From positions 104,491-168,490 of the forward strand of contig CAIUPP010000021.1 of the NCBI GenBank assembly GCA_903901045.1: DNA of 64,000 nt, written 5' to 3'. Positions 31,594-40,654 of the stretch are shown here, piece after piece; position 1 is the stretch's first letter, and each line of letters starts with the position of its first letter. Position numbers and translations under genes: made by a program. The notes beneath the pieces were generated by a model. It saw nothing but the letters and a program-made list of their open reading frames with translations. It was not told the origin of the DNA and made no database searches. Origin of the DNA: an uncultured Planctomycetota bacterium (GTDB lineage Bacteria; Planctomycetota; Brocadiia; CAIUPP01).

Positions 31594-32727
31594 ATGGAGA
31601 TGAATATCAGGCAGGAGTACCAGGTCAAGCGCGAGCGCCTGTTGAACGCCATTGAGTTCAAGCCGACGGACCGCTTGCCGATCTGCGGCTTCAACGGCAC
31701 CATCGCCTCGATTGAGCGAATCACCGGGCGAACCGACTACGTGGCGCACGCCAAGGAGGTCTTCACCCAGGCCATGAAGGCATGGGATACCGACCTCGTT
31801 CTGCAATTCGTCCTGCCCGACCGCCAGGACACCACCTGCGGCCCCTATGGCGAATCGAACGCGCGCGGCGGGCTGCTCAGCGTCGTCTACACGCTGTTGG
31901 GCGAATGGTGCCGGAGCCGCGGGCTAATCAAGTCGCCGGAGGCCTTGCGCGACTTCTGCCTTTCGCTGCCCTCCGCCGGTGAGGCGGCGCGAATCGTCAA
32001 TCCGGAGGCCACGCGGCAGACATGGCTGGCGCTGGATGCCTGGGGGGAGTTCCTCAAGCCGATGGTCTGGGTGCCGGGGCATCGCTGCGGCAGCGTCCCC
32101 TGGATGTGGTACACCACCGTCGGTTACGAGAACTACTTGATGGCCCACTCGCTGTACCCGGAGGCGATGGAACGGCTCTTTGCCCTCTGCGGTGAAGAGG
32201 GGCGGCTGCATAACATCGCCATCGCGCAGGCGATCCGGGAACATGGCCTCATCCCGCTGGTCTACTCCGGCGAGGACATCTGCGCCAACGACGGTCCCAT
32301 GTGCTCGCCGAAGGTGCTCCACGAGATCTATTTCCCCCATCTCAAGCGCGCCGTCGAGCCGCTGGCCGAGGCGGGCGTCCACTGGCTCTGGCACAGCGAC
32401 GGCAACATCCTGCCCATCCTGAGCGACCTGCTCGACTGCGGCATCGACGGATTCCAGGGGTTCGAGGAGGACAAGGGGATGGACCTCCTTCAACTTGCCC
32501 GGACTCCCTGCAAGAACGGCCGCCTGCCGTTCCTCTGCGGCAGCGTCAACGTCACCACCACCATGTACACCACGCCGGAGGAAATCGCGAAAGATGTCCA
32601 GCGGATGCTCTCCCTCTCAAAGGCGCGCGGGGGCGGAGTCGTTCTCTGCCCCAGCAGTTCCTTGATGGAGAACATGCCGGTTGAGAATGTCATGACTTTC
32701 TACGAACGCGCTCGCAGTCAGAAATAG
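31594..32727 (+). CDS. URO-D/MtaA family protein
   Basis: N-terminus KPTDRLPICGFNG and C-terminus GGGVVLCPSSSLMENMPVENV are typical of the URO-D family. Starts 3 nt after the Gfo/Idh/MocA gene. Confidence 0.7.
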   Translation: MEMNIRQEYQVKRERLLNAIEFKPTDRLPICGFNGTIASIERITGRTDYVAHAKEVFTQAMKAWDTDLVLQFVLPDRQDTTCGPYGESNARGGLLSVVYTLLGEWCRSRGLIKSPEALRDFCLSLPSAGEAARIVNPEATRQTWLALDAWGEFLKPMVWVPGHRCGSVPWMWYTTVGYENYLMAHSLYPEAMERLFALCGEEGRLHNIAIAQAIREHGLIPLVYSGEDICANDGPMCSPKVLHEIYFPHLKRAVEPLAEAGVHWLWHSDGNILPILSDLLDCGIDGFQGFEEDKGMDLLQLARTPCKNGRLPFLCGSVNVTTTMYTTPEEIAKDVQRMLSLSKARGGGVVLCPSSSLMENMPVENVMTFYERARSQK

Positions 32728-32750
32728 AGCGCCAAAGAAAGGCGAAGAGA

Positions 32751-34052
32751 ATGAAGATGCCGTTTTCAGAATCAGCGCGCAAAGAGCTGGCACTTCGAGG
32801 CCGGCTCAACCTTCGCGCGTCGCAATACCCGGGAAGCAAGACCTCGCCTTACGTGCCTGATGTGAAGGCGGAACTCGTTCGCGTCTGCGAGTGGAGCCTC
32901 TCCAAACAGAATCAGGATGGCGTCTGGCCCATGGAGAAAACGGCCCTGCGGTTCTACGCCGAAGGGTATGCCGTCCGCACTCTCCTGGCCGCCTCCAGGA
33001 TTCTGAGCGAGAAGCGTTACCAGGCGGGGGCCGTGAAATGGGCGCAGTACATCGTCCGCAACCAGCGGCCGGACGGCGGCTATTGGACCGGATACTCCTG
33101 GGGCGATCATGATTTTGCGGGCCCCGAGACGGACAAGACGGTCGTCTATCTGGCCGACGCGGGGGAACTCGGAGCGGCGCTGATTGCCGCGGTTCACGCG
33201 CTCGATGGGAAACCGGAGCATGTGAAAACATGCGAAGCCATTCGCGATTCCCTCCTGCGTTTCCGGACCTTCTGCGATCAGTTCCGGCTGGCCAGCGGCG
33301 CGATCGGCCTGGGGTACACCGAGCGGGATTTCTACCGGCCCCCCGCGGAAATGCGCAACCCGCGCCCCTTCATGCAGGCGCACTATGCCCCCTTCCCCTT
33401 CGCCACCGCCGTCACGGGCGTCGCGCTCCACGCCGCGCTCTATACCGTCACCCGGGACCCCGAGGACTGGCGCAAAGCCATGCAGTCGCTGGACTGGTGC
33501 CTGGAGAATTCCGTCATGTGTGAAGGGGGCTCGCAACTGGCCCACCTGGGCGGAAAACTGGATTTCAAGCATCTTCATCGCGCCCTGGACATTGCCTTTG
33601 CCGCGTCGCCCGCGTCGGAGGAGAAAGCCCCGGGTCCGCAGCAGACCCCAGAGCCGAGATTCGCGGCGCCGGAGCGGCAGAAACTGTATTCACTCTGGAA
33701 GTACTGTCTGCACCTCTTCGCCGACATGCAATCGGACGCCGGCGAATGGTCGCTGCGTGACGAAAAACAGAATGAGATCGCCCTCCATAGCGGCGCGCTT
33801 CGCCACCGGCTTTATCCGCTCTACTCGCTCGTCACGTACCTGGGGCGCATCGGCGCGTTTCCCAAGGAGGATGACGCGCTCGTCGAGGCGTGCGCGCGCC
33901 AACTCTGGTTGTGCGCGGACCCGGTTATCCTCAGCGACCATTACGGCGTCTGCGCCGAGCTCGACGACCTCTGCGTCATGCCCACAGGCCTGTGGGGAAT
34001 GACGCTGTGCGAGCTGCTCCAGCCGGGAGTGACTTTGCCACGCCGCACGTGA
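32751..34052 (+). CDS. (alpha/alpha)-toroid protein with prenyltransferase/squalene-oxidase-like repeats (possible unsaturated glycuronyl hydrolase-like)
   Basis: Repeated Q-x2-DG-x-W motifs (QNQDGVWP, NQRPDGGYWTGYSW). No signal peptide is evident. Confidence 0.5.
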   Translation: MKMPFSESARKELALRGRLNLRASQYPGSKTSPYVPDVKAELVRVCEWSLSKQNQDGVWPMEKTALRFYAEGYAVRTLLAASRILSEKRYQAGAVKWAQYIVRNQRPDGGYWTGYSWGDHDFAGPETDKTVVYLADAGELGAALIAAVHALDGKPEHVKTCEAIRDSLLRFRTFCDQFRLASGAIGLGYTERDFYRPPAEMRNPRPFMQAHYAPFPFATAVTGVALHAALYTVTRDPEDWRKAMQSLDWCLENSVMCEGGSQLAHLGGKLDFKHLHRALDIAFAASPASEEKAPGPQQTPEPRFAAPERQKLYSLWKYCLHLFADMQSDAGEWSLRDEKQNEIALHSGALRHRLYPLYSLVTYLGRIGAFPKEDDALVEACARQLWLCADPVILSDHYGVCAELDDLCVMPTGLWGMTLCELLQPGVTLPRRT

Positions 34053-34100
34053 AGTGCGAAACTGGCCCGGTATTTCCGCTGTCCACCGAAAAGGGACTCC

Positions 34101-35153
34101 ATGACGGACAAGGAAAACCTGCTTCGATGCATCCGGTTCGAGACCCCGGATCATATTCCCGTCTCCTTCCAGATCAACCCCGCCTGCTGGCAACACTATG
34201 ACCAGGAGGCGCTCAAGGACTTGATGGAGAGCCACAGGCTTCTCTTCCCGCACTACCAGAGGCTGGCGGGCAAGGTGACGCCGGCGTTCCTGCCCAACGC
34301 CCGCGCCGATCGGCCCTACACCGATCCGTGGGGCTGCGTCTGGATGACCGCCGACGACGGCATCACCGGCGCCGTCCATGGCCATCCGTTGCCGGACTGG
34401 GAGCGGTTCGCCCAATACCGCGCTCCAGACCCAGAGACGAGCGACGGCACGTATCCGATCGACTGGAAGGAAATCGCCGCGGGCGTCCGCGAGGCCCGGG
34501 CGGCGGGCGAGGTGGTCTGGGGAGGCCTGCCGCACGGTCACACCTTCCTTCGCCTGCAGGACATCCGCGGCTACGTGAACCTCCTGATGGACATGGCCGA
34601 CGACCACCCGAACCTCCCGAAGCTGATCGGCATGGTGGAGGAGTTCAATTACCGCTTCGTGACGAAATGGATGCAACTGGAGCCCGACGTTTTCGGGTAC
34701 GCCGAGGATCTGGGCATGCAGGTGGGGCCGATGCTTTCCCCCGCGCAGTTCCGGAAATACATCAAGCCGGTGTATCAGCGGCTGATGAAACCGGCCCGCG
34801 ACCGGGGCTGCATCGTGCAAATGCACTCCGACGGCGATATCCGCTCCCTGGCTGACGACATGATCGATGCCGGCGTGGAGGTGGTGAACCTGCAGGACCT
34901 GGTCAACGGCATCGACTGGATCGCTCAGCGGTTCGCCGGGAAAGTCTGCGTTCAACTGGATATCGACCGGCAGAGTGTGACGCGCTTCGGCGCGCCCGCG
35001 GAAATTGACGCCCTCATCCGCGAGGAGGTGGAAAAGCTCAGCACCTCCCGTGGAGGACTCATGCTGATCTTCGGCATGTATCCCGGCCTGCCGCTCGAGA
35101 ACGCCAGGGCGCTCATGGACGCCATGGAGCGGTACAGCGTTCTGCACGCCTGA
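34101..35153 (+). CDS. URO-D/MtaA family protein
   Basis: N-terminus LLRCIRFETPDHIPVSF and the family pattern through the C-terminus (GGLMLIFGMYPGLPLENA). Confidence 0.75.
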   Translation: MTDKENLLRCIRFETPDHIPVSFQINPACWQHYDQEALKDLMESHRLLFPHYQRLAGKVTPAFLPNARADRPYTDPWGCVWMTADDGITGAVHGHPLPDWERFAQYRAPDPETSDGTYPIDWKEIAAGVREARAAGEVVWGGLPHGHTFLRLQDIRGYVNLLMDMADDHPNLPKLIGMVEEFNYRFVTKWMQLEPDVFGYAEDLGMQVGPMLSPAQFRKYIKPVYQRLMKPARDRGCIVQMHSDGDIRSLADDMIDAGVEVVNLQDLVNGIDWIAQRFAGKVCVQLDIDRQSVTRFGAPAEIDALIREEVEKLSTSRGGLMLIFGMYPGLPLENARALMDAMERYSVLHA

Positions 35154-35341
35154 CCCGGCGCGTCACGTCCAGTCGCGCGAGTCGGGAACCTCCAGCCACG
35201 CTCCCTTCTTCCGTATCGAGCGCCGGCTGACAAGGCCGGGCAGCGTCATGTCCATCGCCTCGTCAATGCCTATGGGGCAAGCCGCTTCGCCCCGGAAGCT
35301 TCCTCCGCGGCCTGCCGCATCCGCGATCCGTCCCGTTCGGC

Positions 35342-35370
35342 TTGACTGATTGATTGCGACCGGTTATGAT
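35342..35370 (+). promoter_or_regulatory. sigma70-like promoter TTGACT-17nt-TATGAT, with a second TATGATCA copy 24 nt downstream
   Basis: TTGACT at 35342-35347, a 17-nt spacer, then TATGAT at 35365-35370. A direct repeat of TATGATCA lies at 35389. RBS AAGGAG precedes the ATG at 35407. Confidence 0.5.
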
Positions 35371-35406
35371 CACATCAATCATTCGGCCTATGATCAAGGA
35401 GCGCAC

Positions 35407-36549
35407 ATGCGAGAGATCGGCGTGGGCATAATCGGGTTCGGCCTGATGGGGCGTGTGCACGCGTATGGCTATCGCACGCTGCCATTTTTCTTCGATCCCG
35501 CCCCGGCGCGCATCCGGCTCGTGGCGGTGTGCGACGCCCGGCGCGAGGTGGCGGAGAAGGCGAAGGATCAGTTCGGCTTCGAGTTTGCGGCCAGCGACCC
35601 TCTGGAGGTGATTTCCCGCGACGACATCCAGGTCGTGGACATCTGCACCCCGAACCAGTTTCATAAGGAGGGGTTGCTTGCTGCGATCAAGGCGGGCAAG
35701 CATATCAACTGCGACAAGCCGATCACCGGCAGTTGGGCCGATGCGCAGGAAATCGGGCGGGCGCTCAAGGGGTATTCCGGCATCGGGCACATGGAACTGA
35801 ACAGCCGCTTCATCCTCCCCGCCCTGCGCGCCGCGCAGTTGATTCAAGAGGGGTTCCTGGGGCAGGTGACGCAGTTCCGCGCCGGGTATTACCATGCCGG
35901 GAGCATCGACCCGAAGAAGCCGATCGGCTGGAAGCAGGAGGCGGCGGCCGGCGGCGGGGTGATCAATGACCTGGCCAGCCACGTGGTCGATGTGATGGAG
36001 TGTCTGGTCGGACCGATTGCGGCGGTGCGCGTGGAGAGCCAGATTCTGTATCCTCAGCGGCCCGACGCCGGCGGGAAGCTCGTTCGCGTCGAGGCGGAGG
36101 ATGCCGTGACCATCCAGCTCAGGCTTCGCGACGGCGGCATGGGGCTGATCGAAGCGTCTAAAATCGCCACCGGGACCAACGACGAGATTCGCGTGGAAAT
36201 CCACGGGCGGCGCGGCGCCGTGCGTTTCAACTCCATGGAGCCCAACTACCTGGAGATCTACTCCGCCCTCGACGCCGAGGAGCCGCTGGGGGGCCTGCGG
36301 GGCTGGCGGCGCGTGGATACGGTGAACCGCTTTGCCAAGCCCGGCGGCTGGCCCGGTCCGAAATTCGCCATCGGCTTCCTCAGGTCGCACGTCCAGTGCC
36401 TCTACAACTTCGTCAGCGCCGTAGCCGAGAACCGCAAAGTCCGCCCCTCCCTGGAGGATGGCATCCGGCTGCAGTACCTGCTTGAAGAAGTGCGCGCAAG
36501 CGCCGCCGACGGCGCGTGGCACAAGATCGCCGAGGCGACTCCATGCTGA
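35407..36549 (+). CDS. Gfo/Idh/MocA family oxidoreductase
   Basis: ATG at 35407 after AAGGAG. Motifs MREIGVGIIGFGLMGRVHA and AGKHINCDKPI. The longer upstream ORF would overlap the promoter. Confidence 0.85.
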   Translation: MREIGVGIIGFGLMGRVHAYGYRTLPFFFDPAPARIRLVAVCDARREVAEKAKDQFGFEFAASDPLEVISRDDIQVVDICTPNQFHKEGLLAAIKAGKHINCDKPITGSWADAQEIGRALKGYSGIGHMELNSRFILPALRAAQLIQEGFLGQVTQFRAGYYHAGSIDPKKPIGWKQEAAAGGGVINDLASHVVDVMECLVGPIAAVRVESQILYPQRPDAGGKLVRVEAEDAVTIQLRLRDGGMGLIEASKIATGTNDEIRVEIHGRRGAVRFNSMEPNYLEIYSALDAEEPLGGLRGWRRVDTVNRFAKPGGWPGPKFAIGFLRSHVQCLYNFVSAVAENRKVRPSLEDGIRLQYLLEEVRASAADGAWHKIAEATPC

Positions 36550-37313
36550 ACGAGTCCCCGCAGGAGCGGGTGGGACGCATCATGGACCGTCTGCGCGCCG
36601 GCAGCGTTTCCGTGCGGGACCTTGCCCGCGACATGGGCGTCTCCGAGATCACGATCCGCCGCGATCTGGCGTCGCTGAAGCGCGACGGGAAACTGCTCCG
36701 AGTCTACGGGGGGGCGATTCCGAAGGAGCGCGTCGCCTACGAGTTCTCCTTCAAGGAAAAGGAATCGCTCCACCGCGCGGAAAAGGAATCCATCGGGCGC
36801 GCGGCGGCGGGGCTGGTCGAGCCAGGCGCGGCCGTCTTCCTGGACACCGGCACCACCGCGGTCGAAGTGGCGCGCGCATTGCGCGGCAGAACGCCGGGAG
36901 TGATCGTCACCGTCAACTTGTGCGTGGCCTCCGAATACGTCGGGCAGGAGCGCGTGCGCGTGATCATGCCCGGAGGCGAACTGGGCCGGCGCTCCCCGGA
37001 CCTGCTGGGGGAGTTGACGCTGCAGACGCTCTCGCAGATGACGGTGGACGTGGCGTTCCTGGGATGCGACAGCGTCGACCCGGCCAGGGGGTTCTATGCG
37101 GCGGACTTGCGCAGCGCGGCCGTCAGCCGGCTGATGCTGGAGCAGAGCCGCCGCGCCTTCCTCATCGCCGATAGCAGCAAATTCGGCCGGCGCGCCATGG
37201 TGCGCATCGCCCCTGTGGGCCGGCTGGCTGGGATCATCACGGACGCCGGTCTCGCGCGGCCGCACCGCGCGGCTCTCCGGCGCGCCGGCGTACGGGTTGT
37301 GACTCAGGACTGA
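36543..37313 (+). CDS. DeoR family transcriptional regulator
   Basis: DeoR HTH (SVRDLARDMGVSEITIRRDLASL) and DeoR C-terminal sugar-phosphate-binding domain (VFLDTGTTAVEVA…FLGCDSVD). Overlaps the upstream gene by 7 nt. Confidence 0.8.
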   Translation: MLNESPQERVGRIMDRLRAGSVSVRDLARDMGVSEITIRRDLASLKRDGKLLRVYGGAIPKERVAYEFSFKEKESLHRAEKESIGRAAAGLVEPGAAVFLDTGTTAVEVARALRGRTPGVIVTVNLCVASEYVGQERVRVIMPGGELGRRSPDLLGELTLQTLSQMTVDVAFLGCDSVDPARGFYAADLRSAAVSRLMLEQSRRAFLIADSSKFGRRAMVRIAPVGRLAGIITDAGLARPHRAALRRAGVRVVTQD

Positions 37314-37320
37314 AGAACTC

Positions 37321-37419
37321 GAAGCTGGTTCAAAACTGTGGCGTGGGTTATCAAACCCGCGAGAAATATAGCGCGGACTGGTTAGTCCGCGCCACCTGTC
37401 GAGTTTTGAAACAGCTTCT
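37321..37419 (+). promoter_or_regulatory. structured RNA leader: long imperfect inverted repeat enclosing two perfect hairpins
   Basis: Outer arms GAAGCTGGTTCAAAACTGTGGCG and CGCCAC…GAGTTTTGAAACAGCTTC. Inner hairpins GGGTT-atca-AACCC and GCGCGGACT-ggtt-AGTCCGCGC. Followed by RBS AGGAGG and the ATG at 37443. Confidence 0.45.
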
Positions 37420-37442
37420 CGTCATTCCATAGGAGGTGAACG

Positions 37443-38813
37443 ATGTCCGCATCATGGTGGAAGAAGGGACTTGGGGACGTTCCCCGCATGGTATGCGCCG
37501 CGCCGGGGCCGAAATCGCAGGAGTTGCACGCGCGCGCCGCGAAAATCATGAAGGGGTACTCCTCGCAGGTGAAGCTTTTCCCGGTCTGTTTCAAGGAGGG
37601 GTTTGGCGTCACTCTGACCGACGTGGACGGCAACAAATACATCGACTTCTCCAGCGGCATCTACGTGACCACGCTGGGACATTGCCACCCGAAAATCTCG
37701 GAAGCCGTGGCGCAGGCCGCGAAGACCCTGATGAATTGCCACGATTTCACCACGCCGGTCAAGACCACGCTGCTCGAAAAGCTCGTCGACATATTGCCCA
37801 GGGGGCTTGGCGGCGTGCAGTTGTACGATAGCGGAACCACCGCGGTGGAGGCGGCTGTCCGCATCGCCCGCGCCGCCAGCGGCAAGAGCGAGTTCCTCTC
37901 CTGCTTCCGCGACTTCCACGGCAAGAGCGGTCATGCCGTGAGCTTGGCCCGGATGAACAAGACCAACGGCTCGGGGCGGACGCAGGGCTTTTATATGCTT
38001 CCCCGTCCCGACCCGTACCGCCCGCTTTGGACCTTGCCGAACGGGGCGATTGACACCGACGCTTATTTCCGCTTCTACGATGAGTTCATCCTCGAAGCCA
38101 CCACGAATCAGGTTGCCGCCATCGTCCTGGAACCGATTCAGGGATGGGCCGGCTCCATCTTCCCGCCGGAGGACTTCTTTCCGAAGCTCCGGAAGTGGTG
38201 CGATGCGAAGAAGATTCTCTGGGTGGATGACGAGGTGCTCACCTGCATGGGGCGCACCGGCAAGTTCCTCTGCGCCGAGCATTGGGGCGTAACGCCCGAC
38301 ATCGTCACCCTGGGCAAGGGGTTCGGCAACGGCTTCCCCGTGACCGCGGTGGTCTGCCGGGAGGAACTCAAGGAGAGCTTCGAGAAGATCAGCGCCTCGA
38401 CCTCGTACGGCGGCAACCCGATGGCCTGCGCGGCGGCGCTGGCCTCCATCGAAGTCATCCTTGAGGAAAAACTTCTTGAAAACGCGGCGATGCTGGAGAA
38501 GTTCTTCCTCAAGCGGCTCGCGAAAATGAAGGCGGCGCATCCGATCGTTGGCGACGTGCGCTGCAAGGGGTGCCTCATGGGCGTGGAACTGGTCAAGGAC
38601 CGCGCCACCAAGGAGCCCTTCGACGAAGCGGGCAAGCTCGTGTATCAGAAGGCGTTCGCGAAGGGGCTCGCCTGGATTCCCGCCGGCCACATTCTGCGCA
38701 TGAGCCCGCCGATCATCATGGACGAGAAGATCGCGGGCAAGGCGATGGACATCATTGACGAGGCCATCGGCGAGACCGAGGCCGAACTTGGGTTCAAAGG
38801 AGGACGTTCATGA
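37443..38813 (+). CDS. class III pyridoxal-phosphate-dependent aminotransferase
   Basis: Typical AT-III architecture. The lysine in TLGKGFGNGFPV is the candidate PLP-binding residue. 456 aa. Confidence 0.85.
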   Translation: MSASWWKKGLGDVPRMVCAAPGPKSQELHARAAKIMKGYSSQVKLFPVCFKEGFGVTLTDVDGNKYIDFSSGIYVTTLGHCHPKISEAVAQAAKTLMNCHDFTTPVKTTLLEKLVDILPRGLGGVQLYDSGTTAVEAAVRIARAASGKSEFLSCFRDFHGKSGHAVSLARMNKTNGSGRTQGFYMLPRPDPYRPLWTLPNGAIDTDAYFRFYDEFILEATTNQVAAIVLEPIQGWAGSIFPPEDFFPKLRKWCDAKKILWVDDEVLTCMGRTGKFLCAEHWGVTPDIVTLGKGFGNGFPVTAVVCREELKESFEKISASTSYGGNPMACAAALASIEVILEEKLLENAAMLEKFFLKRLAKMKAAHPIVGDVRCKGCLMGVELVKDRATKEPFDEAGKLVYQKAFAKGLAWIPAGHILRMSPPIIMDEKIAGKAMDIIDEAIGETEAELGFKGGRS

Positions 38814-39580
38814 CCGGCAAGCAGATCCGATTCAACAAGCTTTTTGGCGGCAAGCGCAACGCCGCGCTGGTGGCGGTGGATCACGGGGCGGAGTTCGGCC
38901 CGACGCCGGGGCTGATGGACTTCCCCGCGGCCCTGGAGAATCTGGGCGGCGCCGACGCCATCCTGCTCAACCCCGGCATGGTGGGGCAGGCGGCGGGGTT
39001 CTTCAGCCGTCCGGAAGCTCCCAGGATGGTGCTGCGTGTCACTTGGACGACCGCCTACTGCTTCCCCTTCAACTACCGCGAGTCGCACACGGCGCAGGTC
39101 ATCGGCGCGCAGGAGGCGTTGGGCGCCGGCGCGGACTTCATCATGGCCTGCTGCCTCCTGCAGTCCGGCAGCGAGCAAGTGGATCGCGAGAATGTTAAAC
39201 TGTTCGCCGACGTGGTCGCGCAGAAAGAGAAGGCGGGGATTCCGCTGATCGGCGAACTGTTCCCCGTGGACGCCGAGACGATGCCGCCGGAGGAATTGCA
39301 CATGCGGGTCTACCGCGGCTGCCGCATCCTGGCGGAACTGGGTGCGGACGCGATCAAGACGTTCTACACCGGCGAGCGGTTCCACGAAGTGGTGGAAGGC
39401 GCTTCCGTGCCGGTGCTGGCGCTGGGCGCGAGCAAGTGCTCCGAGCCGGAGGCGCTCGCCAAGGCGCGCAAGTCCATGCAGGCCGGCGCGCGCGGCGTGG
39501 TCTTCGGGCGCAATGTCTTCCAGGCGAAAGCGCCCGCGAAGTTTCTGTCGCAACTCGCATCGGTTGTTCACAAGGGCTGA
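38810..39580 (+). CDS. DhnA-type class I aldolase (DeoC/LacD family; LsrF/FbaB-like)
   Basis: 256 aa. The lysine in GADAIKTFYTG is the candidate Schiff-base lysine. Overall pattern of archaeal-type class I FBP aldolase / LsrF. Overlaps the aminotransferase stop by 4 nt. Confidence 0.7.
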   Translation: MTGKQIRFNKLFGGKRNAALVAVDHGAEFGPTPGLMDFPAALENLGGADAILLNPGMVGQAAGFFSRPEAPRMVLRVTWTTAYCFPFNYRESHTAQVIGAQEALGAGADFIMACCLLQSGSEQVDRENVKLFADVVAQKEKAGIPLIGELFPVDAETMPPEELHMRVYRGCRILAELGADAIKTFYTGERFHEVVEGASVPVLALGASKCSEPEALAKARKSMQAGARGVVFGRNVFQAKAPAKFLSQLASVVHKG

Positions 39581-39583
39581 GGC

Positions 39584-40654
39584 GTGGATATCCCTCTTCA
39601 CCATGTTTTCAATTACACCGACGTGGACCGCGCTTTCTGGGCGGAGCACCTGGAGGCGTGGGTCCCGAAGGAGATCGTGGACGCGCACGTCCACGTCACC
39701 AATCCGGCCTTCCAACGCGAGAAGCCGAGCGAGGATCGCCGTCGGAGTTTCTGGGTGATGGAGGTGCTGGAGCCGCAGGACGCGGACTCCCTCGCGCGCT
39801 GCTACGCCATCCTCTACCCGAACCGGAACGTCTCGCTGCTTGGGTTCGGCTTCCCCGACCTCTCATACGACACCGCGGGGCAGAATGAATACGTCTCGCG
39901 CCAGTGCGTTGCGCGCGGCTGGCACGGGCTGGCCGTCAGCGACCCGCACTGGACGACCTCCGAGTGCGAGCGCGTCCTGGCGCTCCCGGGCATCATCGGG
40001 TTCAAGCCGTACTACGAAATGATCGGCAAATCCGATTCGACGCGCGACGCGCACCTGGAATCGAGCATCTTCGACTTCCTTCCCCATCCCCAGTTGGAAT
40101 TGCTCAACGACCGCGGGGCGTGGGTCACCCTGCACGTGCCGCACGCGGACCGGCTGGGCCACCCTCAGAACATACGCGAAATTCAGGAGATCCGCCGCCG
40201 CTACCCGAAGCTCCTGCTGGTGATCGCCCACCTGGGCCGCAGCTACACCGAGCCTCACGCGCTGGAGGGGATCACGCCGCTGGCGGCGGACAAGGGACTG
40301 TACTGGGACAACTGCGCCGTGCTCAACCCGGCGGTTCACCGTATCGCCCTTGAAAAAATCGGCCCGGAGAACATCCTGTACGGCACGGACAACCCCGTCT
40401 TCTACATGCGCGGGCGACGCCAGTGGCGCGGGCGCAGCTACATCAACCGCACGAGCCACCCCTTCCATTTCAACAAGGAACGGGAGGCGCCGGAAATCGA
40501 AGCAGGTTACACTCTGTACATGTACGAGGCGCTGAAGGCGCTCAAGGAGGCCTGCGCCGGCCTGGGGCTGGCGCGCGCCCAGGTCGAGGCGCTCCTGGGG
40601 GGCAATGCGCGCCGGCTCATCCGCCGTGTGGCCGAAGCCAAAAGGAGAGCGTGA
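39584..40654 (+). CDS. amidohydrolase_2 family metal-dependent hydrolase (TIM barrel; sugar-lactonase/decarboxylase-like)
   Basis: HxH metal motif (DAHVHV) near the N-terminus and a conserved His/Asp pattern (LHVPHAD, GTDNP). Confidence 0.7.
   Translation: MDIPLHHVFNYTDVDRAFWAEHLEAWVPKEIVDAHVHVTNPAFQREKPSEDRRRSFWVMEVLEPQDADSLARCYAILYPNRNVSLLGFGFPDLSYDTAGQNEYVSRQCVARGWHGLAVSDPHWTTSECERVLALPGIIGFKPYYEMIGKSDSTRDAHLESSIFDFLPHPQLELLNDRGAWVTLHVPHADRLGHPQNIREIQEIRRRYPKLLLVIAHLGRSYTEPHALEGITPLAADKGLYWDNCAVLNPAVHRIALEKIGPENILYGTDNPVFYMRGRRQWRGRSYINRTSHPFHFNKEREAPEIEAGYTLYMYEALKALKEACAGLGLARAQVEALLGGNARRLIRRVAEAKRRA

Noticed and set aside
35350-35406. Longer N-terminal extension of the Gfo/Idh/MocA ORF (tool start 35350)
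   Set aside because: The extension overlaps the predicted -35/-10 promoter and precedes the AAGGAG RBS. The ATG at 35407 gives a canonical Rossmann N-terminus.
33690-36522. Minus-strand ORFs 33690-35147 and 35263-36522 opposite the URO-D and Gfo/Idh/MocA genes
   Set aside because: Antisense to genes with clear family motifs (PDHIP URO-D N-terminus; GxGxxG Rossmann fold). The translations are low complexity.
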